A DNA stretch of 64,000 nucleotides. Origin: a virus (taxonomy: Duplodnaviria > Caudoviricetes). A program made the position numbers and the translations under genes. This document shows positions 11,601 through 21,051 of this stretch, piece after piece. The notes below the pieces were generated by a model. The model worked only from the letters and a program-made list of their open reading frames with translations, was not told the DNA's origin and ran no database searches. Positions within the stretch are counted from its first letter, which is position 1, and every line of letters starts with the position of its first letter. The DNA is taken from IMG/VR virus record IMGVR_UViG_3300047299_000042, positions 941-64,940 of that record. One strand, 5' to 3'.

Positions 11601-13728
11601 TAATGTATCAAATGACAATGGCTCTCCTGCTGGCTTTGGAAGATTCAATACTTCTTTCGGTCAAGCATATATGAGGTTCTCTACCAGTGGCGATTTGTAT
11701 TTTTATAATACAACTACTGGTGGTACAAGAACTCAATCAATGTTATTATCAAGTGTAGGTAATGCTAGTTTTTCGGGAAAAATAAGTAATGGTTCAGTAT
11801 GGATTAATAATGGAGTAGACAATAACTCATACAACGAAAATATCCGATTATTTGCTGCTCCTAATGGAGTATCTGTTATTGCTTTTAATGCGTCAGGAAC
11901 ATCAGGAACTCCATCAGGCGGCTCTATTTTAGGATTTGATGATAGGCTTGAATTTAGAAAAGGAGGAGATGCTTGGCAACTTAGAATATTTTCTGGCAAT
12001 GTAGAAGCGTCTGGAAGTTTTAGAGCACCTATATTTTATGACTCAAATGATACTGGATATTATTTAGACCCAAATGCAACAGGTACAGCATTAAGACTTG
12101 GAGGTAATATTTTCGCAAATGGTTCATTTGGAACAAATGGATATGGTTCTGGAGCTCTTGTTGGTAGAGTATTTGCCCCTAAAGGAGCCACATTCTCATT
12201 AAGTGCGTACGCAAACATCACAGGTGCTATAAAAATTAGATTACCACAACGTGCAAATGACACAATGTGGTCTATGAAAGTTAGAATATATAATTATAAT
12301 GCTTATGATACTTCTGAATACCTATTGGGCAATTATTCTTATAGTGCTGGTGCGTGGAATTATTCAGCTACATATTTAGGAGGTACTAGCTCTGTTGGAA
12401 GAACTGTTAGATTCGGCAATGAGGGAGGGTATGACTGTGTATGGATTGGAGAGACTTCGACTGGCTGGGTACACCCTGTGGTTTCTGTAATGGATTTTAT
12501 GGGCGGCTATTCTAATGGCAGTTGCGAAAACTGGGATGATAACTGGGATATAACTATTGTCTCTGCCTTTGGAAATGTTGGGGCAGCTATTGCTCCAAAC
12601 ATTAATTTTAATGAAGCATATTCTTATTCATATAGAGGTAATGGAAATGTAGCGGGGACAGGTTCCGCATCTTATCATCCATCTGGCATATATAGCACAG
12701 GCACAAACTGGCTATATGGTACTATGTATTTGAATAACAACACTATATATGATGCTAACAATATTTATAATAGTGGATGGTTTAGAAATAACAGCAACCT
12801 CCAAGGATTATATAATCAAGCTGTTAATCAACATTTTTATGCTAGTGGTACATTTTGGAATATAACAACTAACGGAGGGAGTGATGGCGGGTTAATTATA
12901 AGAACAGACCATCAATCAACAATAAAAGGGTATCTTTTCTATAACTCAAGCGGATTTGGTTTGTTAAATAACTCAGGCGATTGGGCTATTAGAACAAATT
13001 ACGGAGGTAGCAATACAGGTGGCGAGCTTTATGGAAGTTGGTCTATTAATACAGCTACAAGTGGAGCTACTTTGACATTAGGAGCCGTTGATAACTCTAG
13101 AACCTATAATGACACCCTCAGACACGGTCTTGTAATAAATGCACCATATTATCCTCATATTGATGTAAATGCAACTGCTAATAGCGGTAACCCTACTCAC
13201 GGTCCTGTTATATCAATGACTGGTGTTAAGACTGGAGGCGGATATAGAAGATGGGGCATGGGTATTGCAAATGTTGACCCAGGATATTTTTCTATTGGGT
13301 GGTATGACAATGAGGCTAATCCTCATTATGGTGTTGGTCATAGCTGGAGTTTAGGTGGACGTTTTGTAATTGATACTGCTGGTAACATTTGGTGCACAGG
13401 AGACATTACAGCTTACGGAGCCCAATCTGATGCAAGACTTAAAATAATAAAAGGTAAAGTGCCTAATGCACTAGAAGGTATCTTAAAATTAAATGGATAT
13501 CGTTTTGACTGGAAAGAAAGAGATGTAAAAATCACCACATTTGTAGAAGATATTGGAGTTGTTGCACAAGAGGTGGCAGAGGTATTCCCTGAGCTTGCCA
13601 GAGAGGGAGAAGATGGATGGATGTCTGTAAGATATCAAGGCTTAACTGCAGTGTTAATTGAGGCTGTAAAAGAACAACAAAAGCAAATAGAAGAACTTAA
13701 ATCTATTATCAATGACATTACAAAGTAG
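8695..13728 (+). CDS. Long tail fibre / receptor-binding protein with C-terminal intramolecular chaperone (peptidase S74-like)
   Basis: 1677 aa G/S/N/T-rich; LPLTGGTLTG and GNVGIGTTSP shaft motifs; C-terminal SDARLK...GVVAQEV...L..VLIEAVKE chaperone signature. Confidence 0.85.
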   Translation: MTKFLNNADIKGYIAQTAVTSYLLKADSTGRLVAAIAGTDYQAPTTALLPSGGTAGQILAKIDGTNYNTQWIDNYTPQVKHDVKLGAALSKGTPVYVSNANGTNMIVSAASNASEATSSKTLGLLESGGVLNDTVKVVTEGLLAGLDTSTATAGDPVWLGPSGTLLYGLANKPVAPVHMVFIGIVTRVQSNNGEIFVKVQNGFELEELHNVALSSVADGQGLFYESATNLWKNKTIAAVLGYTPANGANYLPLTGGTLTGALSGTSATFSGLTVDNNQNASTWIIAKNQNAGSGAAAGFLMTNNTGDLGAISLLSSGNSPANGLFIRTLSTNSLILGTNSTANLTIANGGATTFSSSVTATKLALNTTVSSSTLEVLGTNSQWAGSFTGNSSASSSYGVVVVAGTNSNDIAFRVNNAANSSTYFNVRGDGNVGIGTTSPAGKLSTYGGEIGTQITFTKDSPSGAYGRLGQDSNGTFLTQNAKWDGTSWTRDNTGGVPMALALHNGNGRYEFRIAANGANPISWTNALVIESNAAATFAGSLTANGTFNFAATGNVLFTSNDANNYARFTGNSASAQIGLFRASDGGMYIGGAAAGFRVFDSSFNTRLLLAPGGQLQLNTYTSATSYSGTAAGYLAFDSSGNVITVAGVAATDNTKLPLAGGTMTGALVVSAGDRGFEVNASGGISLYSNEINAGALGGTGTIYLGWRRTSQINVGVPISSNSTIAAIGAISTTVAASAWGFLATTSGYSNGSGIWFSTNVGELLLRKADGTLSTRISADGTNAFINNNNILHAGNYNSYSPTLTGGGASGTWGINVTGSSRSLLFSGDSAKAFLDGLWAGGGSYPGYQFTGGNSRFGFSSTGGVVDVYADGNFYATDSSHLVLHAGNYNSYSPTLTGGGASGTWGINISGTATYANNASGGFTNTGTHGSSFIQNELPASANGAGTGRVVLRQWCSEPGVTWDWAGFGYNVSNDNGSPAGFGRFNTSFGQAYMRFSTSGDLYFYNTTTGGTRTQSMLLSSVGNASFSGKISNGSVWINNGVDNNSYNENIRLFAAPNGVSVIAFNASGTSGTPSGGSILGFDDRLEFRKGGDAWQLRIFSGNVEASGSFRAPIFYDSNDTGYYLDPNATGTALRLGGNIFANGSFGTNGYGSGALVGRVFAPKGATFSLSAYANITGAIKIRLPQRANDTMWSMKVRIYNYNAYDTSEYLLGNYSYSAGAWNYSATYLGGTSSVGRTVRFGNEGGYDCVWIGETSTGWVHPVVSVMDFMGGYSNGSCENWDDNWDITIVSAFGNVGAAIAPNINFNEAYSYSYRGNGNVAGTGSASYHPSGIYSTGTNWLYGTMYLNNNTIYDANNIYNSGWFRNNSNLQGLYNQAVNQHFYASGTFWNITTNGGSDGGLIIRTDHQSTIKGYLFYNSSGFGLLNNSGDWAIRTNYGGSNTGGELYGSWSINTATSGATLTLGAVDNSRTYNDTLRHGLVINAPYYPHIDVNATANSGNPTHGPVISMTGVKTGGGYRRWGMGIANVDPGYFSIGWYDNEANPHYGVGHSWSLGGRFVIDTAGNIWCTGDITAYGAQSDARLKIIKGKVPNALEGILKLNGYRFDWKERDVKITTFVEDIGVVAQEVAEVFPELAREGEDGWMSVRYQGLTAVLIEAVKEQQKQIEELKSIINDITK

Positions 13729-14068
13729 TGGAGCAATAAGTTTGTCTCAAATTAAGACGGAGCTAAATAATACCTCTAACTCAATAAGAACTTTAAGTGC
13801 TGCGGCAGGTAAGTCGCAGCCAGATTCTTTTAGTGAATTCTATGGATATAGTGCCGCTCCAGTATCATACACATATAGTATAGTGGCATATAATGGATAC
13901 ACTACAGTACAGGGAACTTATACAACAAAAACAGGTACCCCAAATACAAGCTTTTCTTTTTACAACTATTCTGGTTCAGGAGGTGTTGTGGGAAGCGTTT
14001 GTGCTCAATCAGGCACTGTTGTAATAACAAGTGGTAATGGGACAAAAACACAAGGTTCAACTTGTTAA
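13712..14068 (+). CDS. Small fibre-associated virion protein
   Basis: N-terminal MTLQSSGAISLSQIKTEL...FSEFYG motif common after S74-type fibres. Confidence 0.6.
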   Translation: MTLQSSGAISLSQIKTELNNTSNSIRTLSAAAGKSQPDSFSEFYGYSAAPVSYTYSIVAYNGYTTVQGTYTTKTGTPNTSFSFYNYSGSGGVVGSVCAQSGTVVITSGNGTKTQGSTC

Positions 14069-14103
14069 TTTTATTAATTTTAAACTTTAAACAATAAATA
14101 ATA

Positions 14104-14535
14104 ATGGCTTTAAAAATCACAACCCAAATCGGGACAGACAAAGGCATCACATCTGAAGCTTATGTACGCATTGCAAACTACCACTTGAGTAAATTTGGCT
14201 CAGCAAACTTCCAAGTTGAAATCTATCAATCAGAAGAAGATGTTCCTACTCCAGGTAATTCTATGCCAGGTATGATGGGAGGACAAGCTAGAAACCAACA
14301 AATTGGAGACAGCATTTATGTTCAATTAACTAAGCAGGTCACAGAAACAGTTAGCTACCCAACACCAGGAGTAGACGCTGAGGGTAACGCATTACCTGAC
14401 CGCGTAGAAACCATTACTAAGTCCGTACCTGATTTATCTTCAGCCGAAGGAGTAGATATCTTTGCATTTGGATACTCTCACTTGAAGGCTAAGCTAGTAG
14501 ACTTGTTCGGGGCAGACAACGTAGTAGACTGCTAA
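14104..14535 (+). CDS. Hypothetical protein (tail-fibre assembly region)
   Basis: ORF track; position after the fibre genes. Confidence 0.5.
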   Translation: MALKITTQIGTDKGITSEAYVRIANYHLSKFGSANFQVEIYQSEEDVPTPGNSMPGMMGGQARNQQIGDSIYVQLTKQVTETVSYPTPGVDAEGNALPDRVETITKSVPDLSSAEGVDIFAFGYSHLKAKLVDLFGADNVVDC

Positions 14536-14579
14536 TTATTTCTTATATTTGTCAAAAATAACCAAACATAGAATTAAAA

Positions 14580-15011
14580 ATGGAGAAGATTAAATTAAGT
14601 GTAATGGAGATGGTTGGACTAGAGGCTGAATTAAACGGCTTAGTCAACCAAGAAAATGGAGAAGTTATCGCCAAAGGATTATTGGGCGAGAAGCTTGACT
14701 TAGTAACCAAGTATCGTCTTAAGAAATTATCTGATGCACTAGCTGCAGAAAAGAAAATTATCGATGAGCTTCGCGGAGAATTAATTAAGAAATTTGGCGA
14801 AGAAGGCGAGAACGGGTCATTCTCTATTCCTATGTATAGCGACGAAGAGAAGAAGATAGAAAATCCCAACTATACTGAGTTTAAATCTCAGTACGATGCG
14901 TTAATGGTAGACGAGAAAGAATTCGACTACACACCATTATCTATCAAGGATTTGAAGGACATTAAGACTGACGAACGTTACGACTTAGTATTCCGTTTAA
15001 TCAAAGAATAA
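14580..15011 (+). CDS. Hypothetical helical acidic protein
   Basis: ORF with TATATTTG promoter box at 14544-14551. Confidence 0.5.
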   Translation: MEKIKLSVMEMVGLEAELNGLVNQENGEVIAKGLLGEKLDLVTKYRLKKLSDALAAEKKIIDELRGELIKKFGEEGENGSFSIPMYSDEEKKIENPNYTEFKSQYDALMVDEKEFDYTPLSIKDLKDIKTDERYDLVFRLIKE

Positions 15012-15136
15012 TGAACTTGGTAGCATTAGGGATTATATATGGGGCGATTTGCATAGTAGCAGTCGCCCTTTTATCTTATCGGATTATTAAGAATCCTGAT
15101 GGAGAGCGCTTTACCTATAAAAAGGTTTTGCCGTAG
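15011..15136 (+). CDS. Small membrane protein (41 aa, not in ORF track)
   Basis: TAATG overlap with the upstream stop; MNLVALGIIYGAICIVAVALLSYRIIKNPDG... has one TM helix. Confidence 0.5.
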   Translation: MNLVALGIIYGAICIVAVALLSYRIIKNPDGERFTYKKVLP

Positions 15137-15157
15137 CGCAAAAGACAATTATCTTTG
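15127..15157 (+). promoter_or_regulatory. Bacteroidota promoter TTTG-N19-TATCTTTG for lysis genes
   Basis: Exact -33/-7 consensus with a 19-nt spacer. Confidence 0.7.
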
Positions 15158-15178
15158 TCATAGATATTTTAGAAGAAA

Positions 15179-15460
15179 ATGGATAACACTATTGAGCAAC
15201 TAAAGGCTTACTTATTCCCGACAGCTATAAGCATTATGTCGCTGATGATTTGGCACGATGTCAATGAGATGAAAGCGGACATTAAGCAGTTAATCGTTCA
15301 ATCAAATGTAGATAAAACAAGGATAGATAACCTAGAAAGACAAATCTACAAAACAGGGTACAGCGTACCTAATCCCCCTTCTAAACTACCGCTTCAGGTA
15401 GATATGCGTCAAGTAGTGGCAATAAGACCAGACGAAGACGAGAAAAAATACTACTTGTAA
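15179..15460 (+). CDS. Membrane-anchored coiled-coil protein (holin/antiholin-like)
   Basis: N-terminal TM helix then coiled coil; first gene of the lysis cassette. Confidence 0.5.
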   Translation: MDNTIEQLKAYLFPTAISIMSLMIWHDVNEMKADIKQLIVQSNVDKTRIDNLERQIYKTGYSVPNPPSKLPLQVDMRQVVAIRPDEDEKKYYL

Positions 15461-15494
15461 CACAGCAAGCATTTATATACTAACCACTAATATT

Positions 15495-15785
15495 ATGTCA
15501 TTTATCAGTTCTCTTTTTCGCGATGACAACGACATTAATGAAAAGTCTGTCTTAGGCTTTCTTTCGTTTGCGATTCTTTTCATCTACGGCATTGTAGATG
15601 TAATAACAGGTCTTGAAGGTAAAGTATTCGTTATCGAACCAATCATCTTAGAAGTATTCGCTGCGTTAACAGCAGGTTGTTTTGGTATCTCGTCTTATGA
15701 GAAAGTACAAAACCGCAAAACTGATGCTGAGCGCGAAAAGAACTTACCTGGCGGATTAGACCCGCTTCCAGAAGATGAAGGTTAA
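15495..15785 (+). CDS. Putative holin
   Basis: Two TM helices and a charged C-terminus, upstream of the endolysin. Confidence 0.6.
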   Translation: MSFISSLFRDDNDINEKSVLGFLSFAILFIYGIVDVITGLEGKVFVIEPIILEVFAALTAGCFGISSYEKVQNRKTDAEREKNLPGGLDPLPEDEG

Positions 15786-16380
15786 TATAGCCCTCTTCGT
15801 GTGTTGTATGATTGCTATCTTCTATGCTTACACAAAGCATATGGAAGCAGGAGAAGCTCGCCCTAACGACACGTTGATTGTACACGATACATCTTGGATT
15901 AAACACGACTCTATTATCGAGAAGACGAAGATTGCTTACAAAGAAGTAATCGTCAACGTGATGTCTAAACCTGAGATGTTGCCAGATACGAACTACGAGA
16001 ACCTGAAGCGTCAATATATGGCGTTACTTCAGTTGTATATGAATAAGCTGGTTTACTCAGATACAATTAGGGTTGGCACTTACGGATACATTGCGGTATT
16101 AGATACCATTAACGAAAACAAAATAAAATACAGACGTACGCGTGATAATTTTGACATACCAGTTGTTAAGGAAACTAAAACTATCACTAAGTACGCACCA
16201 CCTACCCGCAACCTATTTGTTGGAGCAGGTGTCAACGTTAACAATGCTCTTGGAATAAGGGGTGCTGAAGCGGGATTAATATTGAAAACAAAGAAAGACC
16301 AGCTGTATAACATTAAAGCGTCTGTCGATTTAGATGGTAAAGTTATGTACGGTGTTGGTTATTATTATAAACTAAAATAA
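15775..16380 (+). CDS. Putative spanin-like / lysis accessory protein
   Basis: N-terminal TM anchor, DTLIVHDT motifs, C-terminal beta strands ending YGVGYYYKLK. Confidence 0.45.
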   Translation: MKVNIALFVCCMIAIFYAYTKHMEAGEARPNDTLIVHDTSWIKHDSIIEKTKIAYKEVIVNVMSKPEMLPDTNYENLKRQYMALLQLYMNKLVYSDTIRVGTYGYIAVLDTINENKIKYRRTRDNFDIPVVKETKTITKYAPPTRNLFVGAGVNVNNALGIRGAEAGLILKTKKDQLYNIKASVDLDGKVMYGVGYYYKLK

Positions 16381-16381
16381 G

Positions 16382-16570
16382 ATGAACTTATTACAAAAGA
16401 TTAAATTGTTCTTTTTCCCTGTGAAGAAGAAAGCAATCGACAAGATTGTAGAAGAAATTAAAGAAGCAGCTGTAGACAACGAAGAATTTGAGAAGGCAGC
16501 TATTGAGATTGCAGAAAAGATTGTAGGTACTAAGCCAAAGAAAAAGTACTACGCAAAGAAAAAGAAATAA
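16382..16570 (+). CDS. Small hypothetical protein
   Basis: 62-aa ORF with a Lys-rich tail in the lysis cassette. Confidence 0.45.
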   Translation: MNLLQKIKLFFFPVKKKAIDKIVEEIKEAAVDNEEFEKAAIEIAEKIVGTKPKKKYYAKKKK

Positions 16571-16571
16571 T

Positions 16572-17420
16572 ATGCTATTAAGACTAGGTTCATTTGGAGA
16601 AGACGTTACTAAGCTACAAGTTAAGCTTGGCGTAGACCCTATTGGCAAGTTTGGTCCTAAGACAGAGGCTGCAGTAAAAGGTTGGCAGTCAGCACACGGT
16701 TTAACACCTGATGGCATTGTAGGAGATGCGACGTGGGCGAAGATGTTTGCTCCAGCTATGGAAATACCTGCGCCAAATGTTATCGTCTCTCCTGCGCCAG
16801 TTGTAGCGCCTGTACTTAATCTTGAGAAGCTAAAAGGTCATATACCGCAATCTATTATTGACCAGATTCCTGATACAGCGGCTAGATTTGGAATTACTAC
16901 GCCATTAAGATTGGCGCATTTTCTTGCACAAGCGTCTCACGAGTCTGGAGGATTTAGGGCATTCTCTGAGAACTTAAATTACAGTGCAAAAGGGCTATGC
17001 GGTATATTTAGGAAGTATTTTCCATCTGTTACTATTGCGCTGCAATACGAGCGCAAACCTGAGAAGATTGCAAACAAGGTATATGCTTCTCGTATGGGTA
17101 ACGGAAACGAGGCTTCTGGAGAAGGATGGAAGTACAGAGGGCGTGGAGCATTGCAAACTACGGGTAAATCAAACTACCAAGACTTTGCTAACTTTATGCA
17201 AATGCCTGAGATTATGAGTAACCCCGATTTAGTCGCCACTAAATACGCCCTTGCTTCAGCTGCATTCTTTTTTAAGAAAAATAGCCTATGGAGTATTTGC
17301 GACCAAGGAGCATCTGATGAAGTAGTCAAAAAGTTGACTAAACGAATCAATGGCGGGCAAATCGGAATTTTAGATAGAATTAAACATTTTAAGGAGTTTT
17401 ACCATTTATTGGTTGCATAA
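16572..17420 (+). CDS. Endolysin: peptidoglycan-binding domain + glycoside hydrolase family 19
   Basis: LRLGS.GEDV...FGPKTEAAVK.WQ...DGIVG PG-binding repeat; AHFLAQ..HESG, ENLNYS, YRGRG.LQ.TGK.NY and INGG GH19 motifs. Confidence 0.92.
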   Translation: MLLRLGSFGEDVTKLQVKLGVDPIGKFGPKTEAAVKGWQSAHGLTPDGIVGDATWAKMFAPAMEIPAPNVIVSPAPVVAPVLNLEKLKGHIPQSIIDQIPDTAARFGITTPLRLAHFLAQASHESGGFRAFSENLNYSAKGLCGIFRKYFPSVTIALQYERKPEKIANKVYASRMGNGNEASGEGWKYRGRGALQTTGKSNYQDFANFMQMPEIMSNPDLVATKYALASAAFFFKKNSLWSICDQGASDEVVKKLTKRINGGQIGILDRIKHFKEFYHLLVA

Positions 17421-18016
17421 TGAATCAAATAAAAGACCATTATGTTTATTGCGTTACTAATTTAGTCAATGGAAGAAAATACATTGGCTCTCATAGTGGC
17501 AACATAGATGACAAGTATTTAGGTTCAAAGGTAGTTTTAGCTAAAGCTATTTCTAAATATGGCTCTAATAATTTTGCTAAGCAAATACTGTGGGCAGGAG
17601 AACTTCAGTATATGAGAGAAATTGAAACTTATTGGTGCGAACAATTTGATGTAGCCAATAACGCATTGTTTTATAACAGGACAAACAAAGGAACAGGATA
17701 TCCACTAGGGGTGCCTAATCCTAAATTATCTGAGTCTCGCAAAAATATGAAGATTGTACCTTGGTGCAAAGGAGAGACCAAGGAGACAAATGAAACGGTT
17801 AGATTAATATCAGAAAAATTAAAAGGCAAACCATCTGGGATGAAAGGCAAGGTGGCGAGGAATAAAGGTATGCCAGGCACGATGTTAGGTAAAAAACACA
17901 CTAAAGAAGCCTATGCAAAGCTTTTTTGGGCAAGAGAAAAAGTAGAATGCGACATATGTGGACGAATGATAGGCATTAATAATATTAAAGTCCACAAAAG
18001 AAAACAACATAGTTAA
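17420..18016 (+). CDS. Free-standing GIY-YIG homing endonuclease with NUMOD3-like repeats
   Basis: YVYCVTNLVNGRKYIGSH...YLGS; C-terminal KGKP/GKKHT repeats and CDICG. Confidence 0.85.
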   Translation: MNQIKDHYVYCVTNLVNGRKYIGSHSGNIDDKYLGSKVVLAKAISKYGSNNFAKQILWAGELQYMREIETYWCEQFDVANNALFYNRTNKGTGYPLGVPNPKLSESRKNMKIVPWCKGETKETNETVRLISEKLKGKPSGMKGKVARNKGMPGTMLGKKHTKEAYAKLFWAREKVECDICGRMIGINNIKVHKRKQHS

Positions 18017-18141
18017 TGGCAAAGCAAAAACCATCATCGGAGAATAAAAAGGTTGTATTTGGTGTACGTCGTAACGGCAAGCACAAGAAGACAAAAGGTC
18101 CTAAAGAAAGCCCTTCTAAGAAGAGCAGAGGGCAAGGGTAA
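18016..18141 (+). CDS. Small very basic protein (41 aa, not in ORF track)
   Basis: MAKQKPSSENKKVVFGVRRNGKHKKTKGPKESPSKKSRGQG; TAATG overlap with the upstream stop. Confidence 0.55.
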   Translation: MAKQKPSSENKKVVFGVRRNGKHKKTKGPKESPSKKSRGQG

Positions 18142-18143
18142 TT

Positions 18144-18602
18144 ATGAGACTATTGCTAAGCATATTGTTGTTTTGGTTTATGAAACCACAAGAAATAACT
18201 GTAGCATCTGTACAGAATAATGTACAGATTGGCGCTCTTGCTGGCAATAGAAACTTAGAGTTTGGTGTGAAGAATATGCTAGAGGAGTTTTTGCAAGAAG
18301 CAGGACACGATATCTCCGATGATGCACCAACTCAGATTAAGGTAGAGATTCTTTATTTAGACGTATTGAAAACTCAGTCTAACCTATCAGTATTCCACAA
18401 CAACAAGGAAGCTGTAGTTATTAGAATGAGAGGCAAATTAATACAAGATGGCAAGGTTAAGAAAACCGTTATTGTTGAAGAGCAAGCTGAAGAAGTTTCT
18501 ATGGCTATGCTACTAATAGACGAAGGTGGTAAATTTAATCAAGCCTCCCTAAGTGCCGCTCTAAAAAAGTCTTGTAACACCTTAATCACTAAGCTCTTAT
18601 AA
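18144..18602 (+). CDS. Secreted CsgG-fold-like protein (short paralogue of 21932-22636)
   Basis: Signal peptide; FGVKNMLEEFLQE and KFNQASLSAALKK align by eye with LGVTNIVIEFLEE and KFNQSTIGTTTKK of the downstream CsgG-like protein. Confidence 0.55.
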   Translation: MRLLLSILLFWFMKPQEITVASVQNNVQIGALAGNRNLEFGVKNMLEEFLQEAGHDISDDAPTQIKVEILYLDVLKTQSNLSVFHNNKEAVVIRMRGKLIQDGKVKKTVIVEEQAEEVSMAMLLIDEGGKFNQASLSAALKKSCNTLITKLL

Positions 18603-20377
18603 TGAAAAAACTCCTCCTAATTGTCCAGTTTTTTGCTCTATTAACTGGACATTCTTACGCTCAGACAGTCAAACTAAGTTTGCAAAACGCAAACACTAAT
18701 ACCAACATTAACGGGAATGTAATTAACAAGGGAGACGAGTTCCTTGTAACCGTTATGGCGGATGGCAATGGTAACACATCTACCCGTTCATTATACTTTG
18801 ACTTTGAATACCAGAACACCGCATTTCAATTAATGACTGTTAACCACACAGGCACAGGCGGGAACGGAGGTATTATACCTTATGGCTCACAAATCTCAAT
18901 GAGCTATCAAGACTACCCAGGATATAGCTACAACAAGACGTCGCTAAACACTACTGATAACGGTAACACTAACTACAATAACTGTCAGTACACCTATACG
19001 CAAGGTGGACCTAAGTCAATCTTACGCGTATATCTTAACTGGTCTATTGCATCTGGAGGATTAGGTAAGGATAGATTATTAGTATTAAAGTTCAAGTTAA
19101 AGACAGACGCTCCTGGATACGCTTGGAATCCTATTGCAATGAACTTTGCGGCAGCGTTTAATCAGAATGGTACTGCAGGTTCTACGTTGATGACAACGCC
19201 TCTTACAAGCGTTATTATGCTAGACCCTACTGCTACTAAGTACGTTAATCCAACGATTGATTACAACGCAAATGTGGACGCTTTATCGCTTCATCGTATT
19301 GCCTTTACAGACAGTGCTGCTAACACAACTTACTTAGTGGACGCATTATCTGATGGAACGATTCCTGTTGACCAAACACGATTCAAGCCTAACACCGTTT
19401 ACCACGTTAGAACCTTGTTTAATATGGACTCTGTAAAGGATTTATCTACTGCAGCGGTAACTGTATCCGACTACACAACTGCTCAAGCAGAGTTTGTTAC
19501 GCAGAACCTAGATGGTACATTTAGAAATCAAAACATCATTACAGGAGCGGGGTATTATGCAGCAGACGTGAACTACAATAAGAAGTTGGATGGAGGAGAC
19601 TTAGTGCGTTTGTATGCGCAGGTAACAGGCGTAGAGAACTTAGTTACACTTCCTGCTAACTATGCTGCTGGCACAGATATGTATATGAGTGTGCCTACGT
19701 TCACAGACTCTACATTCAACAAAATGACAGTAGCTAACTGGAAAGATGTAGACAAGAACTATGTTAGATTTAAGACAGCAGAGATTGGTAAGAACCTACC
19801 GCTAAAGCTCAAATTCGTTATTCCAGGAGACATTAACAGGAGCCATAGCTCTCAGGTTGTAATAAATAATTCTATCGCAACTAATGCTGTGCCTAGTGTT
19901 GCGAAGTCAATGGCTAAGACTCAGACAGCCAATCTATTAATCAACACGCCTCAATTTATTCCAGCTATTGATGTCACAATTCTTGGAAAAACTGTGACAA
20001 CTAACAGCTTTGAGATACCTGTTAAAGTAAATACTGGAGCAAGCAATGTTGCGGCACTACAATTTGAGTTCGTTTATGACCCAACAAAAGTTAAATTTGT
20101 AGAGCTGTTTAATGAGCTACCTAATACTTGGCATACCTTTGTTGATAATAAGGCTGGACGCGTAAGATTTGGTGCTTTAGACAAAGAGCTAAAGAACCCA
20201 GTGACAGGAGAATTAACTCCGTTTAAGCTGAAGTTTGAGACAATAGGTAATGGTGCCGACATTAATACAGTGATTCGCGTATCTCCTAATATGGATGCAG
20301 CGTCTAAGACAGGTTACCAACTAGGCATTAACTTAAACCTAGAGACCATAAAACTAACGGGTATAAATAACTTTTAG
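18602..20377 (+). CDS. Secreted cohesin/dockerin-domain protein
   Basis: Signal peptide (SYA/Q); N-terminal GDEF.V.V...FDFEY and C-terminal FEIPVKV...ALQFEFVYDPTKVKF cohesin-like domains; dockerin/EF-hand-like AADVNYNKKLDGGDL and GDINRS. Confidence 0.7.
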   Translation: MKKLLLIVQFFALLTGHSYAQTVKLSLQNANTNTNINGNVINKGDEFLVTVMADGNGNTSTRSLYFDFEYQNTAFQLMTVNHTGTGGNGGIIPYGSQISMSYQDYPGYSYNKTSLNTTDNGNTNYNNCQYTYTQGGPKSILRVYLNWSIASGGLGKDRLLVLKFKLKTDAPGYAWNPIAMNFAAAFNQNGTAGSTLMTTPLTSVIMLDPTATKYVNPTIDYNANVDALSLHRIAFTDSAANTTYLVDALSDGTIPVDQTRFKPNTVYHVRTLFNMDSVKDLSTAAVTVSDYTTAQAEFVTQNLDGTFRNQNIITGAGYYAADVNYNKKLDGGDLVRLYAQVTGVENLVTLPANYAAGTDMYMSVPTFTDSTFNKMTVANWKDVDKNYVRFKTAEIGKNLPLKLKFVIPGDINRSHSSQVVINNSIATNAVPSVAKSMAKTQTANLLINTPQFIPAIDVTILGKTVTTNSFEIPVKVNTGASNVAALQFEFVYDPTKVKFVELFNELPNTWHTFVDNKAGRVRFGALDKELKNPVTGELTPFKLKFETIGNGADINTVIRVSPNMDAASKTGYQLGINLNLETIKLTGINNF

Positions 20378-20378
20378 A

Positions 20379-20732
20379 ATGAAAAGGATACTTGCATTTT
20401 TGTTGATAGTGAGCTTGGCAGCTTGTCAGGACATTGAAACATTAGAGAAAGAAACTAGCCTAGGGGTGGCTCCTAGCGCAACAGATATTACTAGCTTGGT
20501 AGTAGATGGCAAGCAGGCGACTATTGTAGCAAACACAGTAGTTGGCGCTAAGTACTCTGTTCAGATATACAAGTTTGGAAAAACCGAACCATTTAAGACA
20601 GTTGGTTTTACAGCAACATCTGTAGCCACAATAAAGTGTATCCAGTTGGATACAATCTCTCGTGGGTTATATGACCTTACATTAACAGATGTTTCGGGAG
20701 TAACAATTAAAAAACCTTTAATCATTAATTAA
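20379..20732 (+). CDS. Lipoprotein with T9SS-CTD-like Ig C-terminus
   Basis: Lipobox LAAC followed by acidic QDIE; ends ISRGLYDLTL...IKKPLIIN. Confidence 0.6.
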   Translation: MKRILAFLLIVSLAACQDIETLEKETSLGVAPSATDITSLVVDGKQATIVANTVVGAKYSVQIYKFGKTEPFKTVGFTATSVATIKCIQLDTISRGLYDLTLTDVSGVTIKKPLIIN

Positions 20733-20733
20733 A

Positions 20734-21039
20734 ATGGCAGAAGAACAAGAAGGCGGAGGCTCATTAAAGAGCATCCTTATCGGATTAGCAAGTACTATCG
20801 CGCTAGGTGTAGGTGGATTTGTAACAAAACAATTAACAGGCGAAGAGGAAGCTGCTCAACCAGCGGCTGCTGTATCGGCTCCAGCTCCAGTTATTAACAT
20901 TACAACTAATAACACACAGCAACAAAAGCAAGCAGCATCAGCTGGCGGCACAAGAGTTGTTGAGCGGGTTGTAGAAAAACCAGCGGCACCTAAGAAGAAG
21001 ACAGAAAAAGAAGAGTTAGAGGAGGCACCAAAGTGGTAA
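20734..21039 (+). CDS. Single-pass membrane protein with low-complexity tail
   Basis: TM segment ILIGLASTIALGVGGFV, then Ala/Pro/Gln-rich and charged tail. Confidence 0.6.
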   Translation: MAEEQEGGGSLKSILIGLASTIALGVGGFVTKQLTGEEEAAQPAAAVSAPAPVINITTNNTQQQKQAASAGGTRVVERVVEKPAAPKKKTEKEELEEAPKW

Positions 21040-21051
21040 TATCCCAACATT

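Noticed and set aside
8695-13728. Diversity-generating retroelement target
   Set aside because: No reverse transcriptase and no adenine-specific TR/VR pair; the internal repeat differs at synonymous sites
17420-18016. Group I intron in the endolysin
   Set aside because: The endolysin is complete with its own stop, and the GIY-YIG gene is translationally coupled with no flanking room for an intron core
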